Origin: Candidatus Pullibacteroides excrementavium
Lineage (GTDB): Bacteria; Bacteroidota; Bacteroidia; Bacteroidales; P3
Assembly: GCA_017694335.1 (NCBI GenBank)
Contig: JADIMZ010000004.1
Span: 15,033 to 79,032, forward strand
Reading direction: 5' to 3'
DNA: 64,000 bases
Part shown: piece after piece, positions 44,474 to 53,857 of the stretch
How positions within the stretch are numbered: the first letter of the stretch is position 1
Layout: each line of letters starts with the position of its first letter
Program-made: the position numbers and the translations under genes
The notes under the pieces: model-generated
What the model was told of the DNA's origin: nothing
Databases searched by the model: none
The model's input: only the letters and a program-made list of their open reading frames with translations

Positions 44474-44633
44474 ATAAACTGCAAGCCGAGCGCAGAGCCG
44501 AACGCAGTTCGGGCTATGCCGAGGCGCCGCGTTTATCGGAAACGAAGTTTAAAATAAACTGCAAGCCGAGCGCAGAGCCGAACGCAGTCCGGGCTATGCC
44601 GAGGCGCCGCGTTTATCGGAAGCGTAGCTTAAA
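44474..44633 (+). repeat. family-2 repeat: two tandem 80-nt units
   Basis: Units 44474-44553 and 44554-44633 differ at about 4 positions. A third partial start (ATAGACT) follows. A reverse copy lies at 60777-60858. Confidence 0.85.
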
Positions 44634-44643
44634 ATAGACTTTC

Positions 44644-46512
44644 ATGCTTTTCAAGCATTCTTTCTTCTACCGCTATGTGGCCCCTTATACCGGCCGCCTG
44701 CTTTTCAACGTGCTGTTGCGAGTGCTGTCAGCGCTGTTCACGCTAGTGCTAACCATCGCGATAGCTCCTTTGCTGGCGCTTTTGTTCGACACGGGCAAGG
44801 CAGAAAGCGCGATGACCGGGGGCGGACTTGCCCAAAGCGGCATGGAACTTCTGGAGAACTGGGTTCATCTCTCGGTCGTAACCAACGGCAAATACGAGAC
44901 CCTGCTCTATGTCGTACTCGCCTTGCTTTCTGCCTATTTCCTGAAGAATCTCTGCGCCTATATGGGGCTTTACCTGTTCATCCCTATCCGGAACCAAATG
45001 GTAGCCAGGCTTCGCAATGACATGTTCCATAAATTCATGATCCTGCCCCTCTCCTTCTACGCGAACCAGCAAAAGGGGGATTTGATTTCACGCATCAGCA
45101 ATAACACGCAAGACGTGGACACCCAGATGCTCAACCAGATACAACAGGTCATGGTCGATGTGGTCACTTTCATCTTCCTGATAGCGGCCCTGTTCTTCAT
45201 CAGTACCCCGTTGACAATCTGCGTCCTGATACTTCTCCCTCTAATCGGGGTACTAACCAGTTTCCTTTCCCGCTCCTTGAAACGCAAGTCAAAAAGGCTG
45301 CAGGATACGATAGGACACATCTCCGCCCAAGTGACCGAAAGCCTGGAAGGCATCAAGACATTGAGAAGCTATAACACCACCGGATATGCCTTGCGAAAAT
45401 TCGAAGCCGAAAACGCCTTGTTCTTCAAGCTCAATACACGGGTCTTCCGCCGGCTCTATTCCAGCCACCCGCTCAACGAGGTCCTCGGAACGACAGCCGT
45501 AGCCCTTATCCTGGTCATCGGAGGTTATCTCATCCTTTCCGATAAAAGCCTGAGGCCGGAAGCCTTCATCACCTATCTGGTCACGATGATCCAGATTCTG
45601 CCCACCTCCAAAAACATCATGACCGCCTACTTCACCTACCAATCGGGCAAAGGGTCGTGGATGCGGATCAAAGAAGTTCTCAAAGCGGATGAAGTGATAT
45701 TGGAAAAGAAAAATGCGGCAGAGATCCACGACATCCGGCAAAGTATAAGATTCGAAAATGTCGGGTTCACTTATGGCAAGAAGCCTACGCTCAAAAACAT
45801 AGACTTAGAATTGCCCAAAGGCCGCTTCATCGCCTTGGTCGGGCCTTCCGGAGGGGGGAAATCCACCATCATCAACCTTATCCCCCGCTTCTTCGACCCG
45901 GTTTCAGGCAAAGTGCTTTTCGACGGGAAGGACATCGCCGACTGCAAGATAGACTGTATCCGTGCCTTATCCTCCCTGGTATCGCAAGACACTGTCCTGT
46001 TCAACGACACCATTTACAACAATATCCTGCTTGGCAATCCCCAAGCCAGCCGGGAAGAAGTAATCCAAGCCGCCAAAATGGCCGATGCCCACGACTTCAT
46101 CATGGCCACATCCAACGGCTACGACACCTTGATTGGAGACAGCGGGACCAAACTCTCCGGAGGACAACGACAGAGGCTCAGTATTGCCCGTGCCTTGGTC
46201 AAAAAAGCCCCTGTGCTCCTGTTCGACGAAGCCACGTCGGCCTTGGATACCGAAGCCGAATGCCGTATCATGCAAGCCGTGCAACAAGCTGGGAAGCAAA
46301 ACGGCCAGACTATCGTCTCCGTAGCCCACCGGCTATCCAGTATTCGCCAAGCCGATGAAATCATCGTCATCGAAGAAGGGGAAATCGTTGGCCGAGGAAC
46401 ACACGAAGAGTTGTACGAAGGCAACAGCCTGTACCGGAAGCTCTGCCAGATGCAGAATTTGGACAACCGGACCACCACTCCCCAAGCTCGTCAACAAAAC
46501 GAAATCCAATGA
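44644..46512 (+). CDS. ABC exporter, fused permease/ATPase (MsbA-like lipid exporter family)
   Basis: Six-TM N-terminal domain. Walker A GPSGGGKST, signature LSGGQRQRLSIARAL, Walker B LLFDEATSALD. Confidence 0.85.
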   Translation: MLFKHSFFYRYVAPYTGRLLFNVLLRVLSALFTLVLTIAIAPLLALLFDTGKAESAMTGGGLAQSGMELLENWVHLSVVTNGKYETLLYVVLALLSAYFLKNLCAYMGLYLFIPIRNQMVARLRNDMFHKFMILPLSFYANQQKGDLISRISNNTQDVDTQMLNQIQQVMVDVVTFIFLIAALFFISTPLTICVLILLPLIGVLTSFLSRSLKRKSKRLQDTIGHISAQVTESLEGIKTLRSYNTTGYALRKFEAENALFFKLNTRVFRRLYSSHPLNEVLGTTAVALILVIGGYLILSDKSLRPEAFITYLVTMIQILPTSKNIMTAYFTYQSGKGSWMRIKEVLKADEVILEKKNAAEIHDIRQSIRFENVGFTYGKKPTLKNIDLELPKGRFIALVGPSGGGKSTIINLIPRFFDPVSGKVLFDGKDIADCKIDCIRALSSLVSQDTVLFNDTIYNNILLGNPQASREEVIQAAKMADAHDFIMATSNGYDTLIGDSGTKLSGGQRQRLSIARALVKKAPVLLFDEATSALDTEAECRIMQAVQQAGKQNGQTIVSVAHRLSSIRQADEIIVIEEGEIVGRGTHEELYEGNSLYRKLCQMQNLDNRTTTPQARQQNEIQ

Positions 46513-47480
46513 AAGGCAGAGTAATATGCAGCACCGGCAATTGGTATGAAGTAGAAACCGACGATGCCCGGATATTCGCCTGCAAAGTCAAAGGGAATTT
46601 CCGCCTCAAAGGCATGAAGACCACAAACCCGGTCGCAGTGGGCGATTGGGTCGAAATAGAACACGACCCGAAGATTTCGTCCGGAAACGAGATGCCGGGA
46701 GGATGGATCACTGCCATCGAGGAACGCAAGAACTGCATCATCCGAAAATCGGTCAATCTATCCAAACAAACCCATATCATCGCCGCCAACATCGATAGAG
46801 CCTTCCTTGTGGCCGGCCTAACCCAACCGCGCACCCCTCAAGGCTTCCTGGACCGCTTCTTGGTCACGGCCGAAGCCTACCATGTCCCCGTTTGCCTGGT
46901 TTTCAACAAAAGCGACTTGTTCGATGCCGATACCCAATCCGAATACGAAGAATACAGCCGGATTTACCAGAATATAGGATACCCGGTCCTCAAGACCAGC
47001 AGCGTGGACGGAGACGGCATCAAGCAACTCAAGGAGATGATGGACGGCAAGACCTGCCTCTTCGCCGGCAATTCCGGTGTAGGGAAATCGGCGCTCATCC
47101 ACTGCCTGGCGCCGGAACTAGATATCCGAATCGGGGAAATATCCCAGACCCATCTCAAAGGCAAGCACACCACAACCTACGCCCGGATGTACAAGCTTTG
47201 GGACAACACGGCCATCATAGACACGCCGGGAGTAAAGGAATTCGGCATGGTCCGGTTCACCCAAGACGAGCTGGCCCTGTACTTCCCTGAAATGAAAGAA
47301 CTGCTGCCCGATTGCCGGTTCAGCAACTGCACCCACGAGCATGAACCGGGCTGCGCGGTCAAAGAAGCCGTGGAAAAAGGATGGGTATCGTCCCTGCGAT
47401 ACAGAAGCTATCTCAACATCCTGCACGGAGACGAGGTGCCGGCTCCAAGCCTCTTGGACAACAAACAAGAGCGGAAATAA
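46509..47480 (+). CDS. rsgA: ribosome small-subunit-dependent GTPase A
   Basis: Circularly permuted GTPase motifs NKSDL...GNSGVGKSAL...DTPG. Zinc knuckle CRFSNCTHEHEPGC. The ATGA overlaps the upstream stop. Confidence 0.9.
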   Translation: MKGRVICSTGNWYEVETDDARIFACKVKGNFRLKGMKTTNPVAVGDWVEIEHDPKISSGNEMPGGWITAIEERKNCIIRKSVNLSKQTHIIAANIDRAFLVAGLTQPRTPQGFLDRFLVTAEAYHVPVCLVFNKSDLFDADTQSEYEEYSRIYQNIGYPVLKTSSVDGDGIKQLKEMMDGKTCLFAGNSGVGKSALIHCLAPELDIRIGEISQTHLKGKHTTTYARMYKLWDNTAIIDTPGVKEFGMVRFTQDELALYFPEMKELLPDCRFSNCTHEHEPGCAVKEAVEKGWVSSLRYRSYLNILHGDEVPAPSLLDNKQERK

Positions 47481-47560
47481 TCCCTGGCACAGATAGTCCG
47501 CAGGGAAAAAACACGTGAAAAGAACGACGAAATCAATCCCAAATACCTATCTTCGCGAGC

Positions 47561-48655
47561 ATGATCGACCCAGTGAAAAGAAGAAAAAGAATCATCGGAA
47601 TCGTTATCGGCCTTTTACTATTGGCTGGCGCCCTGTATTGGTTGTCCGATTTGATTATCTATATCCTTGTCGCCTTCCTGATTTCGATGCTGGGGCGGCC
47701 CTTGGTCAAGTTCCTGAACAAAAGGCTTTCTTTTCCCCCCGCGATAGCCAGCATTGTCTCCCTGGTACTCATCATCGGCATCATAAGCGGCATCTGCTGG
47801 CTTATATTCCCCATGTTTGTCAACCAGATACAACAGCTTTCCAAATTGGATTACACCCAGATAGCCAGCCAATCGTCCGGATGGATGGAAAATTTCCTGG
47901 CATGGCTCAATGAAAAGAACATACACATCACCCGGGAGCAAATCAACACTTACCTCGCACAAACCGCGAACCAAATATGGAAAGCCATCAACCTGGAAGG
48001 CGTATTGGTGAACCTTGTCAACAAATTGTCCTCCTTCAGCGTGGCCATATTCTCCATCATCTTCATCTCGTTTTTCTTCCTGCGCGATGAAAAACTGTTC
48101 AAGAGAATCGTGTTCCTTTTCATTCCCGACCGCCAAGTCAGACGAGTCGAAAATGTAATCCAATCCTCCGAGTACTTGCTGACCCGCTATTTCATCGGGC
48201 TTTCCATCGAGATGATTTGCATGATGACGATTCTCTCCATCGGCCTTTGGGCTTTCGGCATCCAAAACGCCCTGCTCTACGGCTGCATTGGCGGTTTTCT
48301 GAACATCATTCCCTACATCGGCCCGGTCATCGGCGCCGTGCTTACCTGTATCGTCACTTTGCTGAACAATATCGACCTTGGCTTGAGCATGGACATGTTC
48401 TGGCTGTTAGTCAAAGTTGTCGGCGTCTTCGTGGGTGGCAACATGATCGACAACATGCTGCTTCAGACCTTCATCTACTCCACCAGCGTCAAAGCCCATC
48501 CCTTGGAAATTTTCCTGGTAATCCTGATTGCAGGCAACCTGTTAGGCATCTGGGGCATGATTCTGGCCATCCCCTGCTATACCGTGCTACGCATCTTCGC
48601 CAAGGAATTCTTCAAGGATACCAAAGTGGTAAGGGAACTGACCCGAAATATCTGA
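47561..48655 (+). CDS. AI-2E/PerM (UPF0118) family transporter
   Basis: About eight TM helices. Length and the conserved C-terminal region (IPYIGPVIG...HPLEIFLVIL..G...G..GMILAIP) fit the family. Confidence 0.7.
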   Translation: MIDPVKRRKRIIGIVIGLLLLAGALYWLSDLIIYILVAFLISMLGRPLVKFLNKRLSFPPAIASIVSLVLIIGIISGICWLIFPMFVNQIQQLSKLDYTQIASQSSGWMENFLAWLNEKNIHITREQINTYLAQTANQIWKAINLEGVLVNLVNKLSSFSVAIFSIIFISFFFLRDEKLFKRIVFLFIPDRQVRRVENVIQSSEYLLTRYFIGLSIEMICMMTILSIGLWAFGIQNALLYGCIGGFLNIIPYIGPVIGAVLTCIVTLLNNIDLGLSMDMFWLLVKVVGVFVGGNMIDNMLLQTFIYSTSVKAHPLEIFLVILIAGNLLGIWGMILAIPCYTVLRIFAKEFFKDTKVVRELTRNI

Positions 48656-48740
48656 AATTTTATTTTACTCATTGTCAATCTTTTGACATTTTCTGCTTCG
48701 TTAAAATCCATTTTGCGCGTTTATACTTCAAACACACATC

Positions 48741-49529
48741 ATGGAACCCGATACCACACCCGTACAGGAAAGCCTGTCTCCCGGCAAGGCTTTCGTCCTT
48801 CAAAAGAAACACTATCTGCCCATCAAGGAATGGGACATCCAAGACCGTCCACGAGAAAAATTCCTATCCGGGCATAGGCCCGACATGCCGGACGAGGAAC
48901 TGCTGGCCATCCTGATCGGCAGCGGAACAGAAAACCTCTCGGCTTTGGATATCGCCAAACGCATCCTGGAACATTTCAACGGCAACTTGGAATCGTTAAG
49001 CAGCCGCTCCGCCAAGGAACTGGCACGCAAGTTCACTGGCATAGGCACAGCCAAAGCGGTCAGCATCTTAGCCGGGATGGAACTGGGCAGACGCAGTTTC
49101 AAGCCGCAACAGGAAACGGAGCTCATCATCAACTCAAGCGAGAAAGCCTTTCAATTCCTGCGCCGCGACCTTGCCAGTCCCTACGAACGTTTCTTTGCCC
49201 TCCTGTTGTCCCAATCCGGCAAACTAATCCGAAAGGTCCTGATTAGCGAAGGCGGTCTGGCCTGTACCACGGTCGATGCCCGCAAAATCTTCAAATTCGC
49301 GATAGACGAACACTGCTGCGGCCTTATACTGGCCCACAACCATCCCTCCGGCAATACCCGTCCCAGCCCGGAAGATATCGGTATCACCAAAAAAATCTGC
49401 GATGGCGCCCGCCTGCTCGACCTGCACGTGTTCGACCATATCATCGTAGGCAACAACCGCTATTACAGTTTCGCTGACAATAACCTGGTCATTGGCAAAA
49501 TAGCCGACTTCCGCTCCATTGTACCGTAA
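48741..49529 (+). CDS. radC: RadC-family JAB-domain protein
   Basis: HhH region ELLAILIGSGT... and JAMM motif LAHNHPSGNTRPSPED. Confidence 0.85.
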   Translation: MEPDTTPVQESLSPGKAFVLQKKHYLPIKEWDIQDRPREKFLSGHRPDMPDEELLAILIGSGTENLSALDIAKRILEHFNGNLESLSSRSAKELARKFTGIGTAKAVSILAGMELGRRSFKPQQETELIINSSEKAFQFLRRDLASPYERFFALLLSQSGKLIRKVLISEGGLACTTVDARKIFKFAIDEHCCGLILAHNHPSGNTRPSPEDIGITKKICDGARLLDLHVFDHIIVGNNRYYSFADNNLVIGKIADFRSIVP

Positions 49530-49621
49530 AGACCATGAATATCCCAACGCTTGTTGGTAACTTTTTAGATACTTTTTCTTGCAAAAAAACATCTGAAACC
49601 ATATTTTTACACCGTGATTCT

Positions 49622-49810
49622 ATGAAATACTCGGAATTACATAGAAAAATCATCCAAGCCGGGTGGAAATTCGATCATGCTGCAGGAAGCCACTACTATT
49701 ATACGAAAGAAGGAAAGATCATAGGCCCAGTGCCTTACCACGGCAGCAAAGAGATACCAAAAGGTCTGCAACGTAGCATAGAACGTGCATTCAAACTATG
49801 CGAAAAATAA
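49622..49810 (+). CDS. hicA: type II toxin HicA family (mRNA interferase)
   Basis: Start moved to ATG 49622. MKYSELHRKIIQAGWKFDHAAGSHYYYTKEGKIIGPVPYHGSKEIPKGL fits the HicA pattern (GW..R..GSH.....G....PxHG.KEI..G). 62 aa. Hand count about 42% GC. Confidence 0.75.
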   Translation: MKYSELHRKIIQAGWKFDHAAGSHYYYTKEGKIIGPVPYHGSKEIPKGLQRSIERAFKLCEK

Positions 49811-49845
49811 AACGGAAAGGTGTACAATCCTTCAAAAACAATCGA

Positions 49846-50259
49846 ATGGAAAAAGAAAAACTCATCATCAATGTTGAAGCCAGCAAGAACCACTGCGGAG
49901 CGTATGCAGCAAACGTAGATGGCATCTGGGGCGCAGGAGACAGCATTCCCGAATGCAAAGCCGACATTTTAAAAAGCATAGAGGAAATCCTTGCCGAACC
50001 CGCCTCCCAAGCATGCCAACTTCCCCAATGGCTACGAGAAGGGAATTACGAAATAGAATGGCATATCGATGTCAAAAGCCTTTTGCAATATTACTCCAAT
50101 ATCTTCAACATGGCCGGCTTGCAAAGACTTACCGGTATCAACCAGAAACAACTGCACCACTATGCCAGCGGCCTGTCAAAACCCAGACCAACGCAACGAG
50201 CCAGAATAAACGAGGCATTGCATAGATTAGGACAGGAACTGCTAACCCTTAATATCTGA
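49846..50259 (+). CDS. hicB: HicB-family antitoxin with a C-terminal HTH
   Basis: ATG at 49846. HicB-like N-domain (KNHCGAYAANVDGIWGAGDSIPECKADI). HTH-like tail AGLQRLTGINQKQLHHYASG. It lies immediately downstream of hicA. Confidence 0.7.
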   Translation: MEKEKLIINVEASKNHCGAYAANVDGIWGAGDSIPECKADILKSIEEILAEPASQACQLPQWLREGNYEIEWHIDVKSLLQYYSNIFNMAGLQRLTGINQKQLHHYASGLSKPRPTQRARINEALHRLGQELLTLNI

Positions 50260-50352
50260 GAATACCCCGACTCTCCTAACAACTCCCTGCCGAATCCACC
50301 TATCCCCAAACCGTCTCCCCAAAGGGCGAATCCGAAAGCCCCCTGTACAAAG

Positions 50353-50389
50353 CGACCCTGCCAGAATAAATTCCAACAGGGTCGTTTTT
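50353..50389 (+). terminator. rho-independent terminator after hicB
   Basis: Stem CGACCCTG / CAGGGTCG followed by TTTTT. Confidence 0.75.
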
Positions 50390-50450
50390 ATCATACCGGG
50401 CTTTTCGAATGCCCTCTTTCACAGCGCCGAATCAGTCGGATCTGCCGATT

Positions 50451-52268
50451 TTATTTTACCAAAGCCTGGAAGTCGGCATCTTCGCGCAAATCGAGGAATT
50501 CGATGTCGCCCTGAGCCTGAGCCTTCAATGAAGCCTTGCCTTGGATAGCCTGCTTCAGGTTGCTGATCACATCGGCCTTGGCATCCTGACGGGCAGCACA
50601 TACAGCCAACAGATAGTAAGCATCCGGAGTCTTGGTCTGCATGCAGTTCAAGGTATTCTTGGCCTGATCAACCTGACCGTTCAGCAACTGGGCCAATGCC
50701 AGGTTATAGATGCATTTTTCCGAACCCAGAGCGCTGACAGCCTTTGCATATTCACCGTCCTTGATATTCATCAATCCCATATTGAAAGCAGCTTCCGGGC
50801 TGCCGGCCTTCAAAGCGTTTTCAAAATGAGCGCGAGCGTTTTCAAAATCACCCTTAGCCAAGGCGATAGCTCCCAAGTTGTTCAATACAGCGCCGTTGTT
50901 CGGCTGCAGGCCGTTAGCCGTTTCGAGCAACTGCTGAGCCTGATCGTACTGCTGTTTTGCATACAGCAGAGCGGCCGCATTGGTGAAACCACGGAAATCT
51001 TCAGGATAAACTTCGGTAGCCGACATGAAAATCTTCAGCTGGTTGTCCTTGTCTTCGGTCAAAGTAGTAGCGTACAGAAGTTCTTCCAACTTCAAGGAAT
51101 CGGGGGCCACCAACGACAGACGAGCGATTTCTTCATCGGTCTTCTTGGGTTCGAGGAAGTTCACCGTAATCTGGGCACGACGCAGCGGAGGCAGGATTTC
51201 GTCTTCGATTTCCTTATAAATAACCGTCATGTTACGGATTTCCTGTTCGCGGGCATCGCGGTCGGTATGCGAAGAAATCACATTGATGATCGTGTTCTTG
51301 TCTGCGATATTCGAAGCACGCAAATCGGCCAGGAACTTGTCCCAGTCTTCACCCATCGACTCAACCGTCGGTTCGATATCCTGCTTGATGGTAGAAGCCT
51401 TCACCTTCATCTGACGAGCCAGCTTGTTCACAGCCTTGCTATAAGCCGAATTGAAGTATTTCACGGCCGTCTTGGCGCGGTTGTCGGACAAGTTCTGGTT
51501 GCGGGATTCCTCCCCTTCGGGCGAAGCCCAAGCCTTGATATCCACCGACTTCATTTCCATGCCTGTACCGAACAAGCTATCCAAGATACGGATGCCAGCC
51601 TTGGCTTCCGGAGTCTTGTTCAATTCAAGACGCCAGTTCAGGTTATAGGTGTCCACCAAATAGTAAATGTAAGCGGTGTGAGGAATAACCGTTTCCTTTT
51701 CGTATTTGTGAGGAACGACTGCCATTCTGGAGCTTTCCTGATCGATACGGGAAGAGGTCACCATCATGCCTTCGGCAATGGTACGCTCGCCCAGACCCAA
51801 ATTCTTGGCCACTTCCGAAGCCTGCGCGGCATTAGTCACTTCCATGCCTTCCGCCTTGGCTTCCGGGTACCCTACCGGGTTAATCACCAAACGGCTCTGG
51901 GCCATAGCCGGAACATAGGCCACTTCGTCCGAATAGCTGAACGAACCCCCCATCTTGTTATCAATCATCGTACCCTCGCCTACCGTCTTAGCACCACGCA
52001 AAATGATAGGCTTCAGATCCTGCTGTCCACCTTCATAAACCAAGGTAGGCTGAAAGACAACAATAGCCTTATTCCAGAAGTACTTGGGAGGAACGGTACC
52101 GCTGATATCCACTTTCACTTTATCCCCGTGCATTTCGAGCGGGCTTGGATTCACTTGATACTGTACCTGGGCATGATTTTTTGCCATTTTCTTGAGACTC
52201 TCACAGGATGAGAACAAGACCCCCAACCCGAGAACCAAAGAAACACCGATAAACTGTGCTCTCTTCAT
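50451..52268 (-). CDS. lipoprotein with a degenerate OmpA-like segment and C-terminal TPR repeats
   Basis: Lipobox LGVLFSSC. AWASPEGEESRNQNLSDNRAKTAVKYF resembles the OmpA-like G.ASPEG...N..LS..RA motif. The C-terminal ~200 aa are TPR-like (AALLYAKQQYDQAQQLLE..., LNNLGAIALAKGDFENARAHFENALK). Confidence 0.65.
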   Translation of the reverse strand: MKRAQFIGVSLVLGLGVLFSSCESLKKMAKNHAQVQYQVNPSPLEMHGDKVKVDISGTVPPKYFWNKAIVVFQPTLVYEGGQQDLKPIILRGAKTVGEGTMIDNKMGGSFSYSDEVAYVPAMAQSRLVINPVGYPEAKAEGMEVTNAAQASEVAKNLGLGERTIAEGMMVTSSRIDQESSRMAVVPHKYEKETVIPHTAYIYYLVDTYNLNWRLELNKTPEAKAGIRILDSLFGTGMEMKSVDIKAWASPEGEESRNQNLSDNRAKTAVKYFNSAYSKAVNKLARQMKVKASTIKQDIEPTVESMGEDWDKFLADLRASNIADKNTIINVISSHTDRDAREQEIRNMTVIYKEIEDEILPPLRRAQITVNFLEPKKTDEEIARLSLVAPDSLKLEELLYATTLTEDKDNQLKIFMSATEVYPEDFRGFTNAAALLYAKQQYDQAQQLLETANGLQPNNGAVLNNLGAIALAKGDFENARAHFENALKAGSPEAAFNMGLMNIKDGEYAKAVSALGSEKCIYNLALAQLLNGQVDQAKNTLNCMQTKTPDAYYLLAVCAARQDAKADVISNLKQAIQGKASLKAQAQGDIEFLDLREDADFQALVK

Positions 52269-52366
52269 TGTTATTTTGTTTTTGATTTCACTTTTTTTCC
52301 GTCAAAACCCCTCTTGTAAGAAGCAAGAGGCCTAAGAAAAATTTTCTTATCGCCCAAATGGGCACG

Positions 52367-52374
52367 CAAATATA
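52367..52374 (-). promoter_or_regulatory. candidate -7 box TATATTTG for the TPR lipoprotein gene
   Basis: Plus-strand CAAATATA is minus-strand TATATTTG (TAnnTTTG). A 7-bp hairpin CCTCTTG/CAAGAGG (52310-52330) lies between it and the ATG. Confidence 0.35.
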
Positions 52375-52401
52375 TGAAAAAGCGAGTGCGTAGCCAAATA
52401 T

Positions 52402-53346
52402 TTATTTGAATATCCGCTCACGTTTGGCCAGATAGGCCTGCAGAAGGGGTACAAAACCCTTGCGGATATCTGCTTCCACAAAATCAATTCTGTAGCGCTC
52501 GCAATGTCCTTTGAGCATATCCATATAGGCCTTGTAGCGCTCCACGTAACGTTCTCTATACTGGGCCGGACTCAATTTGATTTCGTTCCCGCTTTCCAAA
52601 TCCACCAGGCAGTAGTGCTTGCCGGGAAACACGAAATCCGCCTCCCTGCCATGATCTGTCACATGGAAGAGAATCACCTCATTATTCCGATACTTAAGGT
52701 GCTGCAAGGCCCCTAGCAAGGCTTCCGTCCCGTACTCCCCGTCGAACATGTCGCTGAACAACACTATCAACGAACGTTTATGAATCTGTTCTGCGGCCAA
52801 GTGCAAGGTCTCCACGATATCCGAACCCTGCCTCAGCACGGATGCAAGCCGACCCCTAACCAAACGTTTCTCCAGTTCCGACATCAGATACTTCAGATGG
52901 GCAGGACTCGACTTCACTTCCGTCCGGAACCGATCCTTTTCCGAAAAGAAATTCAATCCTACCGCATCCCGCTGCCGAACCAGAATATGCGCCAAGACAG
53001 CCGCCGCACAGACCGAAAATCCCAACTTATCAGGACAAGACAAATCAAAATTCTCAGAAACAGGAAAATACATAGAAGAAGACGTGTCAATCAGAATATG
53101 ACACCTGAGATTGGTCTCCTCCTGAAATTTCTTGACGTACAAGCGGTCCGTCCTGCCGTAAAGCTTCCAGTCCACGTAACGGACCGACTCGCCCTGGTTA
53201 TACTGGCGATGTTCAGCAAACTCCACCGAGAACCCGTGAAAAGGACTCTTGTGCAAACCTGTAATAAAGCCCTCCACCACCTGTGAAGCCAAAAGCTCCA
53301 AAGAGGTGAAGGGCTCGGTGACTTGCCTGTGAAAAGCTTCAGACAC
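52402..53346 (-). CDS. DUF58 domain protein
   Basis: GLHKSPFHGFSVEFAEHRQYNQGESVRYVDWKLYGRTDRLYVKKFQEE...LIDTSSSM is the DUF58 core. Only a GTG start is available, overlapping the trxA stop (TAGTG). Confidence 0.8.
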   Translation of the reverse strand: MSEAFHRQVTEPFTSLELLASQVVEGFITGLHKSPFHGFSVEFAEHRQYNQGESVRYVDWKLYGRTDRLYVKKFQEETNLRCHILIDTSSSMYFPVSENFDLSCPDKLGFSVCAAAVLAHILVRQRDAVGLNFFSEKDRFRTEVKSSPAHLKYLMSELEKRLVRGRLASVLRQGSDIVETLHLAAEQIHKRSLIVLFSDMFDGEYGTEALLGALQHLKYRNNEVILFHVTDHGREADFVFPGKHYCLVDLESGNEIKLSPAQYRERYVERYKAYMDMLKGHCERYRIDFVEADIRKGFVPLLQAYLAKRERIFK

Positions 53347-53663
53347 TACAGCAAAGCTTCGAGTTTCTTCCTCAAATCGCCTTCGCTGATGCTACCCACA
53401 TGCTTGTCAACCACTTCCCCGTTCTTCATGAACAGAATCGTAGGGATGTTGCGAACCTTGTATCTCTTGCTGATTTCCGGGCAAGCATCCACATCGACCT
53501 TGCCAATAAAGATTTTCCCTTGATATTCTTCAGCCAATTTGTCCACAATAGGAGCAATCGCGTTGCAAGGGCCGCACCATGCAGCACCAAAATCTACCAT
53601 GACCGGAGTAGCTGCCTTGATTGCAGTTTCTTCAAAGTTCACATCCGTGAATGTTGTTGCCAT
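53346..53663 (-). CDS. trxA: thioredoxin
   Basis: WCGPC active site; 105 aa. Confidence 0.95.
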   Translation of the reverse strand: MATTFTDVNFEETAIKAATPVMVDFGAAWCGPCNAIAPIVDKLAEEYQGKIFIGKVDVDACPEISKRYKVRNIPTILFMKNGEVVDKHVGSISEGDLRKKLEALL

Positions 53664-53857
53664 TTTATTAAAATTTTAATGGTTATACGTTTAAGGAACG
53701 CCTGACCCAATCAGCCCGACACGTATCGGCGGTCAAACATCCCCGATGAATTCCAAAGAGCGAAGTTACATTAAAATTACCAACCTTGCAAAAATCATCC
53801 AAAGCATCAACCTCCGCAGGTACTCAGGCAGGCGAAAACCGGTTCCTGACCCGCCTT

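Noticed and set aside
44474-44633. A possible CRISPR array, suggested by the tandem repeats.
   Set aside because: There are only two directly abutting 80-nt units with no spacers, the unit is far longer than CRISPR repeats, and no cas genes are present. A reverse copy exists elsewhere in the window.
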